Source: Lenisia limosa (taxonomy: Eukaryota; Protista; Breviatea). From it: 37,639 nt of DNA. This document shows positions 1 to 10,300 of this stretch, piece after piece; position 1 is the stretch's first letter, and every line of letters starts with the position of its first letter. The position numbers and the translations under genes are program-made. Location of the stretch: positions 1-37,639 of the forward strand of contig LPNZ01007440.1 in assembly GCA_001655205.1 (NCBI GenBank). The letters are read 5' to 3'. Below the pieces are notes generated by a model. The model worked only from the letters and a program-made list of their open reading frames with translations, searched no databases and was not told the origin of the DNA.

Positions 1-38
1 ATATATATCATATATATATGATATCATATATGAAGTAG

Positions 39-3000
39 ATGGGATGTGGAGCTTCAGAAACGACTGACCTGGTAGTTTTCAACCTCTTGTATTTATTTAG
101 CAAATCATATATTATTTACATGTACAGTGACCGAGATAAATCTTGACCGATTTGTTATGTAATTTCCCAAAGAAAATAGGTCAAGACTTATCGTGGTCAC
201 TGTAATATATATCTAGATATATGTATGTATTTAGCCAATAGAGTAGATTGTGGTGGTTTTCTTCTTTGTTCCACCTCCCCCCAACAGAGTTGATTTTGGG
301 CTTTTNNNNNNNNNNNNNNNNNNNNNNNNNNNNNNNNNNNNNNNNNNNNNNNNNNNNNNNNNNNNNNNNNNNNNNNNNNNNNNNNNNNNNNNNNNNNNNN
401 NNNNNNNNNNNNNNNNNNNNNNNNNNNNNNNNNNNNNNNNNNNNNNNNNNNNNNNNNNNNNNNNNNNNNNNNNNNNNNNNNGTCGTGGAATTCCGCCTGA
501 ACTGCTTGCCAAACTGGTAGGCCTGGGTCTGAACTTCTTGCCAAACTGGTAGGCCTGGGTCTTTTTCAGTCTTCGATGTGTTCTCTTTCAACGCATTGCC
601 TCACCCCCCAAGTTTCGACCATTTGAACAAGGGCGAGGGACAAGCCGCAACTTTGGAGGAACTGGCCTGGGTCTCTATATCAGCCGTGCAATCGTGGGTA
701 CTTCTTCGTACGGAAAGTGATAGTGCAAACTACATTATGTGTAGGATTTATGTACTAAGGTAGATAATTTCAAGTTTATTTGGGTTTGTATATAAAGTGG
801 TTGAGTATTTGTATGGTACTACATATATCATTGCACCTTACATGTCTGCAGGTTTCTCTTCTTGGAGGCGGAATTTGGGCGGAATCCGTACCCGGGTCCT
901 CCACTACCTTCACATTCACTGTCGCTTTCCCACATCCCAACCTCATCGCTACGCAAGATGACACCAGTGACCTCCCTCCCATCCCCCCAGGTACCATCNN
1001 NNNNNNNNNNNNNNNNNNNNNNNNNNNNNNNNNNNNNNNNNNNNNNNNNNNNNNNNNNNNNNNNNNNNNNNNNNNNNNGCCCGCTCCCCCCACTCCCAGC
1101 CGTGCCCCTCGACATTCCAAGGGGGGTTCTTCCATTCCAAAGTCCTGGAAGGTGGGCGAATGTTGCGCTTCATTCAGCCTAAAACTGACGTGACATTGTG
1201 GGATATTAACACCCCCAGGATTGCCTGTATTTCAAGTGACACTCGAACTCTTCTCTCGCTGCTCCATCGCCTTGTATACATGGGTGTCCAACCCCATCTT
1301 GTCGATTGCTTAGGTTAGTGAATAGTCAATATCACCTCCACGTTGGTTTCTTTGTTATCAGATCACCGAATTTTGTTCCTTTCTCCACACCCTTTGTCAG
1401 CTTCATTTTGTAGAGCCTTCCTCCCCCGGCCTCTCCACTCTGTCATCGGCGTTCCTCGTTCTCCTTGATATGCAGCCCCCATCATCAGTGGCCCCTGTCG
1501 TTTCCACAACCACTACCGATTCGGCTACAAGCTCCTGTACGCTGAATTCGGTTTATTGATTTGGCAGGACACAAGGATTATGCAGTTCTAAATGACATTG
1601 GCATGTTACTGCAGTTTCAATATTCGATTACTTTTGCCTATAACATGATGCTGGGGTTCTCATTGTTCAGCTGGACGCACTCTCACAGAACAGTCTCTTT
1701 TGGACATTCAGGCCGCACGGCCCCTAGTTCTCAAGTGGGTCCTTGCTAGTGTTCGGATTTTTCTCTGCCCTCCCCCCACCTTTTTTTTGTTGACCATACA
1801 AAATATAACGACCACACATTTTTGGGGAGTTGTTATTGAGGCATGCAGAAAGATGTGCAATTGTTAGAAAATTGTTGGGTGAATTGAGTCCGCTTTCTTT
1901 TAGAAGTCTGAGATGGGGTGAACGTCCCAAGGCGGTGGGGGGTGAAGGCCCGATTTTGGCAATCCCAAACATGTACTAATGCTCTTTCAGGGATGAGAGC
2001 AGCTAGAAGAGTGCAAAAATTAGAACATATCACTTGCTTTTCGAGAATACTTTGAAATTTGTAGTTTAAAGTTCTTCTCTACATGCTTCCTTCATCTCTC
2101 TTGTGTATAAAAAAATGAAAGTTGTTTACACAGAGATTAATGTCATACATTCAATCGTGTGTTCCAATTATGGTTGAAAAGCGGAACAATCCTGACTTAT
2201 ATCCGAGCCTACAATCTCAAAATATTAGGTACCTCCACTCTCCAATTCCTCAATCAGGTACAACCTTCTTTTATTTCTCATTTTCACATATCTCTGTGAC
2301 CTTTTAGTGTTGTGGCGTTGACGTCGTCTGTTGCGCAAGTTGTTGGCCTCTCCTCATATCGAGCCTTGACCAGCGAAGCTACCTTGAAGGAGTAGGCGCG
2401 TCACTCATGCCTGTTGGGGTTATTATTTCATCTTGTTGCTCCCGCATTCCTCAACCTCCCCCGCTGGAGTGATGGGATGCGGTGCTGCAGAAGCGACTGA
2501 CCTGGGCTNNNNNNNNNNNNNNNNNNNNNNNNNNNNNNNNNNNNNNNNNNNNNNNNNNNNNNNNNNNNNNNNNNNNNNNNNNNNNNNNNNNNNNNNNNNN
2601 NNNNNNNGTGCGGCGGCGGCTCCGAAAAAGGCTGCCGAATTGGCAAGAGTAGGCTTATTGCTACTTATCCCACATATAAGTTATCAATTGACATTAAATC
2701 ATCCCTTATTCTCAGATCATCATATCTAAGATCTAAGATCTAAGATCGTCGTTTGACATATTAGGCGAATCGCCACCGTCGACCTTCGCTGTCTTCCTCC
2801 ACGCCCAACCTTGAAACACCCCGAGGAGGCATCGAAATATCCCCAGTCACGCAGAAGCACGGCCCGGCCCAGCCAAGTCATACCGAAAGTGTTGACTTAG
2901 ATACCCCTCTGTGAGTTCGAGGATTATTTTCAGTTTCCCCTCACGCTCTAGGGTGGCATCGTGTCCAGTTCATACTCCATTGTCAGTTTCACCAAAAACC

Positions 3001-3774
3001 CAGCGTAAGCGAAAGCATCTGAAGTTCTGGTTTGAGTGTCTAATTTAATTTGTAGCCCTTCGAGTCCTGCTATGTGAAGATAACCAAGTTAACCAAAAAG
3101 TGGCAACGGCAATGCTCAAGAAACTCAACTGTGAAGTAAGCTTAAATACAATACTGAATAACAATCTTCACCCTGTAGATTGACATAGCCAATAATGGGC
3201 AAGTCGGCATAACCATGGTGCTAGAACGATCATTTGACATAATTTTCATGGTGAGTTCCTTCTGTTGTCGTGACTTGGGGTGGTGAGTTCCTTCTGTTGA
3301 CGTGACTTGGGGTGGTGAGTTCCTTCTGTTGTTGTGAGGTGGGAAATAATGTAATCGGAGCGAGAAATACAATTGAGCGCATCAACGCATCAGGACCTTC
3401 AAATGCCAGTGATGGACGGGTTGTTAGCCAGTCAGGCAATCAGAGACCATGAGTTCAAAGAAGGATTCAGCCGCACCCCGATCATTGCCCTCACTGCCTC
3501 AGCTATCCAGGGTATGTTGGCAAACCAATCTCCTTGTGAAAGGGTCTCCACTTCTTATTATTATTTATTCTATTGCAAACACGCCCACTTCTGCTTTTAT
3601 TTTCAGCTATAATATACGAGTGGTCGTGTTTATTTTTCATATTTGGAGCTCACTTCCTCAGGTACACGAGAACAGTGTATTGCAGCCGGCATGGACTCCG
3701 TAATGATGAAACCCTGCAAACTAGTCACCTTTAAGTCTCTAATCAAAGAGTACTACCCCCACCATTTAATCTGA
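39..3774 (+). CDS. Multi-exon hybrid sensor histidine kinase / response regulator locus (one gene or two tandem genes; 5' end unresolved)
   Basis: Spliced exons give HATPase_c G1-F-G2 boxes: GRGIPPELLAKL|FRPFEQGRGTSRNFGGTGLGLYISRAIV|..LLGGGIWAESVPGSSTTFTFTV (482-935). A degenerate receiver follows (LVLLDMQP, ~1460-1485), then a canonical C-terminal receiver ending at TGA 3772-3774. No HisKA box is visible; it could be in gap 306-481 or upstream of the window. Confidence 0.85.
125..202. mobile_element. Tc1/mariner-type MITE (78 bp, non-autonomous)
   Basis: 24-bp terminal inverted repeats CAGTGACCGAGATAAATCTTGACC (125-148) and GGTCAAGACTTATCGTGGTCACTG (179-202) match at 21/24. They are flanked by TA on both sides (123-124, 203-204) and have CAGTG termini around a 30-bp AT-rich spacer. 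Confidence 0.75.
497..562 (+). repeat. 32-bp tandem duplication (2 copies) spanning an exon/intron donor
   Basis: CTGAACT(G/T)CTTGCCAAACTG|GTAGGCCTGGGT x2, with donors at 517 and 549 and one mismatch (504 vs 536). Confidence 0.9.
3056..3774 (+). CDS. C-terminal response-regulator receiver (REC) domain exons
   Basis: PLRVLLCEDNQVNQKVATAMLKKLNCE|IDIANNGQVGITMVLERSFDIIFM|DLQMPVMDGLLASQAIR..TPIIALTASAIQG|TREQCIAAGMDSVMMKPCKLVTFKSLIKEYYPHHLI*. The ED, D(phospho)xxMP, T and KP motifs are all intact across GT-AG introns. Confidence 0.95.
3249..3332 (+). repeat. 32-bp tandem repeat (~2.6 copies) starting at a donor
   Basis: TG|GTGAGTTCCTTCTGTTG(T/A)CGTGACTTGGGG, with GTGAG at 3251, 3283 and 3315. 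Confidence 0.9.
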
Positions 3775-4085
3775 TGTTATTTTCTATGTTCTCTATTCTA
3801 TGTATGAGGGGGGAGGGGGATCGACGTTCGTCAGTCCATCAAGTCTCATGTTTTAGATTTCTAAAGTTCAGCTTCTATTACTATGGTCCAATGGTATCCT
3901 GTTTATGGTTAATCCAAGAATCCTATCAATTCCGAATGTATTTTGTCTCTTTTCAGCTTTTCAGAACGATTATTGCATTTCTATTCTTGCTACCCGCCTT
4001 ACAATTCCAAATAATTTCTGAAATGTGAGCCATATAAATTGTGAATTCCTTGTTGGTGAATACGAATGCAGCGCATTCTCGCATT

Positions 4086-4108
4086 ATTGGCTCATTGGCT
4101 CATTGGCT
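4086..4108 (-). promoter_or_regulatory. Triple CCAAT box (NF-Y-like)
   Basis: ATTGGCT x3 at 8-bp spacing (reverse strand AGCCAATGAGCCAATGAGCCAAT), about 230 bp upstream of the RasGEF ATG. It matches the NF-Y consensus; function is inferred. Confidence 0.4.
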
Positions 4109-4334
4109 CCTTCTGTAATTCGCAAGCTGTTCGCTTTCGCAGGTTCAGGGACAAATTGATGGAAATGGACAGGACGGACATGCTTTTAAATATTCGGTCA
4201 GAATCCGAGACATTGGGTTTTCAACAAAAAATTTTTTTATAGAGGAATTCAGAGGCGGTTTACCGGTTATTACTGCAGAAATATTATCATTTACTGAAGA
4301 CATAAACAGCATGAACTAATAGAAACCTTTAACA

Positions 4335-7300
4335 ATGGGTGAAGTCGAAGACTTCATTTTACAGGCTCAAAATGAGGCTGAAGCCGTCAGAAAGGGCTCC
4401 CTTAGACTCCATGAAGCGGTATCATCACCTTCAACACAATTAGTGGCCGATGCAGTTGTTCGTTTCACGAAAGCCTTCAAATCCGCCGTAGAGGAAGAGG
4501 TAGATCGCTTAGCTGATGGACTAGCTGAGTCTTTTGCTAACCTTGATGTTGGAATACAAGAGTTATTGGACGCTCTTGGTACTAGCTCGACAGGGCTAAA
4601 TTCCCTCAAAGATGCCCATTCCCAGGTTTGGAAGGCGTCTCTCTCTCCTTCTTACCCTTTAGTTAAAAGAATACTTCGAAACTATTGTGACTGAGCTGGT
4701 TCAACCAGATGAAAAGCATCCCTTTATCAACGTTTACGTAAAGGTGCAATCAACTGTTCAGGAAGAATGCAATTCGGTGGGTTGTTTGGTAAATTCTCCT
4801 TGGGCTTGAAGGAAATTTTATTGATTAACGGAAGAGTGAATTGAATTGAAGTAGAGAGAACGACATTTACCCCCTAGGACCTTGACTCAGTCCTAACGGC
4901 TCTTGATGATCTCAGCTCGGTCATTGACAACGACTCTTCACAGATCATGCTGGTTGCGGCATCCAATGCGGTAGGGGTAAAAGATGTTATTAATGGGGGG
5001 TTTTCAATGGGGGGGGGGGGATNNNNNNNNNNNNNNNNNNNNNNNNNNNNNNNNNNNNNNNNNNNNNNNNNNNNNNNNNNNGTGAAATAGACTCAAACAA
5101 AGATGTTTGTTCTTTTCAGAGGATATTTTCAAACTTAGAACATTATTTGATTTATTTTAGCTATCTTCGAGCTGCAACAACTTCTCACAATCGCTTCGAA
5201 AGCTTGTTGAGTCAAAGCTCTCGGCTATTGAGAAACTACAGCGCGAAATCATTACAGCTTCCAATCAAGGCAACCAGGTATGCAAGTCAACTCACATCAT
5301 TTTCTTTTCAATTCCCGACAATTTTCAATTTTCTACCTTCCACACTACTATGCTTCTCCTCACCCCAAACCAGCATCTTGTGACGCTTTCCAACGAGCTT
5401 GTTCGTTCCAATGCTGCGGCTCCAAGCCAAAGCTTCGTATCAGTTGTCGACGCCGTAGTGGCCGCTGTGGAGTACGCCGTCGCCCAGCTCTCGTCAACCG
5501 TTTGGGGGATGATCTTAAGGCCTTTTATCATGGAATTATAACTATACAGATCATAAAAGCCCCCACAAAATCAACCGCCACCATCACGATTACGAGCGCA
5601 CCACCCACACCCGCCTCCCAGCCAGCCCAGCCCAAGGTATGTACGACCTCTTCAGTCTCTTTTGGTTGTTTGGAACACAGAAAGTTAGGATACTAGTCAT
5701 TTTAATTTTTGTTACATACATAATTAGGACAACAAGTGGAAGTTAAAAAAGGAGGCAACCCCTACTTTAGGTTAATATCGTGAAAATTAATATTTTTCAA
5801 GTATGGAGTTTCGGTTGTTTAAATTCTGTGGAATCAGATCTTTATGATCCAGGGGCCATCGGATCTCATCAAGATGGACCTGCCCGAGGTGGCATCTTCA
5901 GCCGTCCGATTCAAGGCGGTTTGTCCAACGAGGATAGTGGCTAATTCTTTAGTTGGAAGCTGATATAAAGAACCTCACAGAGACCTTTGATGCTCTTCAC
6001 AATACCATTCAATCTGATATGAAAGTGGGTTATTCAGCTACATTTTCCATTTCCCATCTTTGAAGAATTTTCCGGAGCTCTTTTTGTTCTCTTTTCACTG
6101 TGTGCAGGACCTTGTAAAATATGGAGGTTTGGCCAGCTCACTACTAAGTAAATGCTACAAAACTGCTCAAGAAGATATGGTTCTTCTGAGGGACCTTGCT
6201 GTTAAAGTAGGCTTCAAAATTCCGAAGTGTTCATGCTTACACCTCAGACATTGGACAAAACCTTCCAAAAGATTAATTTCCTGAACCAAGCACTTGTCAC
6301 CTCCGCCACAGCCTGTGTCAACGGCGCGTCTGTAGGATGGGGAATTGATTTGTTGTCATACTCCACATTTGATGACATTACACCCCCTCCCCCTCTATCA
6401 ACAAAAAAAGGGGGGGGGGAATCTTTTAATAGATTTACTTACTAACGCTTCAGGACTGTACGGTGACTCAGACCTGCAGCGATGGACTCTTTATTCTTGA
6501 CTCCTGCCTTCTCCACAACAGTCACATTTTACTTTTGATCATCCCGGATTATGATAAGCTCAAAACAGACCTGGGTTAGTGACACACTCCTTCCATTGTT
6601 TTTGTTTCACGGTCATCCTTTTTTGCTTGTTCCTGGCCTAATACGATTCAGACGTTCTGCACCAAGTTGCCATTATTGCAGCGGAGTCTCTCACGTCTTT
6701 GGCCGATTCCAACCAGGATACCATCATCGATAACGTCAACGCTACTTCCCCTGTTGGTACTTTCCTTTATTCTCGGTGGAGTCTCACATCTTCATAGGCC
6801 ATGGTCAAGTTCGCGTCTCAGCTGAAGAAGGCTGTCGACGTGTCCTTAAAGGAGATGCAGGAGAAGTTCCAGTGCTTCCAGACATCCCTGTCTGCTGCAA
6901 ATCAGAAGGTTTGAAAGGGCTGACGGGTGATATTGCTTGTTGTTGTTCACACGACCAGCTTGTTGAGACTGTTAATACGTTGCTGAAGTCAGTTACTCAG
7001 GGCAACATTGCGAACATTTCTATTGCTATTGGTATGCTGGGTAGTCTATTTCTATTGCTATTGGTATGCTGGGTAGTCTTTTTCTATTGCTATTGGTATG
7101 CTCGGTAGTCTTTTTCTATTGCTATTGGTATGCTGGGTAGTCTTTTTCTATTGCTATTGGTATGCTCGGTAGTCTTTTTCTATTGCTATTGGTATGCTGG
7201 TAGTCTTTTTCTATTGCTATTGGTATGCTGGGTAGTCTTTTTTATTATACGAACCCGTGAATTATATCGAATCAGTATCTTTTATAAATAATGTGATGTT

Positions 7301-10300
7301 ATAGCTCAGTTTTAACTTTGATTCTGTCTTATTAATGGTTTAGAAAATGCTGAACAGATTATTGACGAAATCAAGTGCTTTGTCAATCCCTCTCAAGTCG
7401 TAATATCCAAAATGCTGGCCAAATTGGTGAAGTATGCAACATCTATTGGAGATCTAACCTTCGAAGAGTATAATTAATACCTTTTGATATGATATGATAT
7501 GTTGCAATAATGTTGCTAATCATTCAGCGGACCGTGCCTTCGCATGTCATCAGTTGAGGCCGCGAAATTAGGCTCGGAAACAACGGGGACGGCAACCTAC
7601 GTTGTGCGTCCGCCTTTGCCGTCAGAAGATGCGGAGCCGACGGTTATGTCGCCCTTCGCGCAGGCGCCAAGAACTGACCGAAGGAAGGCCGAGTCGATCC
7701 ACCAGTTGCGGAAGAGTGTCAGAAGCCTTGTCAACCCTGACGTCCCGAAGCTGCCTGAGAGCGACACAGAAGCCGAAGGAACTGAAGAGAAGAGCACCGT
7801 CGAAGCTGTAGTCAGCACCCCCCGCGGGGACCAAGAGCCCGAAAAAGACTCAACAGAACAGTCACAACCTGAGCGTTCCGAAGGTTCCGACACTGAGCAA
7901 ACTGAACCCCCTATCCCTATCCCTATTACCACTTCCCAAGATCCCGCCCAAGGCGAAGGTGAGCTGTTTTGTTTATGTTGTCTCAGTCTTTTTGCCGGTC
8001 TTAACCGTTTTAGACACCCAAGCTCCCACCTCACCCACTACTCCCACCCCACGTCCAGCCGTAAGCCTCTGACAATGACCCAGTAGAAATGATTGTTTTG
8101 TTTTGTTTTTTCAAGTTGATTTTCTAGTGTTATTTTCACAATAATCCCCCCCCCCNNNNNNNNNNNNNNNNNNNNNNNNNNNNNNNNNNNNNNNNNNNNN
8201 NNNNNNNNNNNNNNNNNNNNNNNNNNNNNNNNNNNNNNNNNNNNNNNNNNNNNNNNNNCAGAAAATTGACAATGTTGGATGGGGGCTCTCTCTCTCGCTA
8301 TGTTTCTCCGGGTTCTAATGGTTTTCCAGGTTGAGGTTGAACCGGACAGAACGTCTACAACCAGTCTTCCCCAAGCTGACGTGGGTTGGGTCGGTGTTTA
8401 TGCTAGGGCTTCCATTTGGTCTAAGGACTGGTGTAGTGTCAAAATCCTTCAAGAATTTAACGTCTTTTTGGGATGCAGGAAGCTATTCTTTAGTGTTTTT
8501 GCCTTTTTCTAGCAATGATTGGGCCTTCCTGCAATAAAGGTTTCTTACCTCTTAGAATGGACCATATGTTTGGAAGCCCGAAACACCCATCTATGAAGAA
8601 CCAACACTCAAGGTTTGTAGTAACGTACTTTATTGATGTATAATGCTCAAAAGACACGCTCCCAGGATTTATTTCTTCAGGTTGAGCCGTCTTTACTTCT
8701 TGCTGAAGAAACTGCAACTGGTTGGCTGGAGAGTTGATAGGTAGATGCTTTGAGATGTTCTCGGGAGTTTCATTTGGGACATCAGAGACAATTTTACCAA
8801 CCTCTGGATTAATAACGAGAAATGGGCGACTCACAAAGCAGGTGTGGAGGTCAGAGGAGGGTCACTGAACAAGCTCATTGAGGCGGCCACGAGTGACCTA
8901 CAGCTCGTTGAGCCGGACTTTGTGTCGGAACTCATCATCACGTGCAGAACATTCACAACCCCACAGCAGCTTCTCAACAAGGTGGGCCTACGGTTCTTCC
9001 ACTGTGTGTTAGGTCATTTTACCTTTCAGTTGATTCAACGCTACCAAATTCCCGAGTACATGGACCAAGAGGTTTGCAGCAAAAGATCACAAGAATAGTC
9101 CACTGGATTCTTATGAAATTGCCACAGGACTTTTTACGTTGTAATTAACGGTACAGGAGAGTCACATAGTGCAACTGCGAACGTTATCGGTTATCCACGT
9201 TTGGCTCACGAAGGCCTTTGTAGACTTTGACACCTCTCTTCTCAACTGTCTTATGGAGGTATGCTGATCATTGTTAGTGAATGAGTCATTCAAAGGCAAA
9301 TTGTTTAATAAATATCTTTTTTAAATGGACGTTGTGGAGAGCTTCAACTCTACCAACAACTTTTACCGTTTAGTTTGTCGAGAATGAAGTTCAAGTAAAT
9401 AACCCAGCCATTGCCACTGAACTCAAAAATACCCTCCAAAACCAGGTAAGGGTTTGTCAGGATGCATCATCACCAAATCTGGTCTCACTCCACAGGTCCA
9501 CTCTCAACGGCTTCGGACTGAGTCGCAAGTTCTTCGTGTCATTTGTTTTGATGGCAGCACCAAGGCAGTTGCAATATACAGGTTGCTGAAATGCTTTGTT
9601 TTTATCATTTGGTGTTAACACGTTACATTCAAAAGAACCCGTTATCCATTGCTCATTGTTCAGGGCCACTACTGGCGCAGATGTCCATAGTTATTTGGTG
9701 GAGAAGCTGCAGCTGCCTCCATCCGAACGTTGGTATTGGATTTTAACCACCTTTCTATTGATGTGTTTCACACTCCACAGAGGCAGGATTCAGCATGGTA
9801 GCCAACACTACGGGAGGAAGACAGCGTCTTGTCAAGCCAGAGGAAAATATATGGCTCTTAATGCAGAGAATGCCTGGCATGAAGGTGGGACTCGGCACTA
9901 GGAACTTCATTGACAAGGCATTCCTTTTTTTAGGCCTTGCTGATTGATCGTTGCAGGTTTCGTTTAAGCCGCGGTCAGAAGACGAAGTGGATGATATCAT
10001 GCAGGGCTGGCTCTGGAAGAAGGTGGGGGTAAAGGAGAAGGCAGTTTTGTCTTTGTATGATTGAGAGAGTGTCAGAAGGCAGTTTTGTCTTTGTATGATT
10101 GAGAGTGTTGGGATCCTCTCGAAGGCTGGGTCTCAAGGCTTCAGGGAGGCGGACGTTGGAAGAAGCGGTACTTCATGATGATCGGCGACGAGTTGCCTTA
10201 TTGGGACCATGTTCCAACTTCTGATGAGGGTCCTGAAACTAAAAAGGTATGGTGCCTGGTTTGGGTGGACTTAGCTTACCTTTCCAGGGCTGTCTTCCAC

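Noticed and set aside
181-2033. A minus-strand gene suggested by ORFs 776-1135 and 1724-2033
   Set aside because: These are antisense shadows of the plus-strand histidine kinase exons, which carry recognisable HATPase motifs.
2308-2508. In-frame TGA (2470-2472) in a reading ..PPPLE*WDAVLQKRLTWA, suggesting Sec/readthrough or TGATG stop-start coupling
   Set aside because: A typical GTAGGC donor at 2393 and a branch-like ACTGAC just before the gap can remove it as intron, or 2472 may be an independent start. I saw no SECIS, and other genes end normally at TGA.
2720-2745. Short simple repeats such as (ATCTAAG)3, (TGATA)n at ~7485 and CACTCGCCCTCA x2 at ~14717
   Set aside because: These are ordinary intronic slippage products with no link to splice sites.
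7017-7243. 32-bp repeats as a CRISPR array
   Set aside because: The units are directly adjacent with no unique spacers, there are no cas genes, and the context is a eukaryotic intron.
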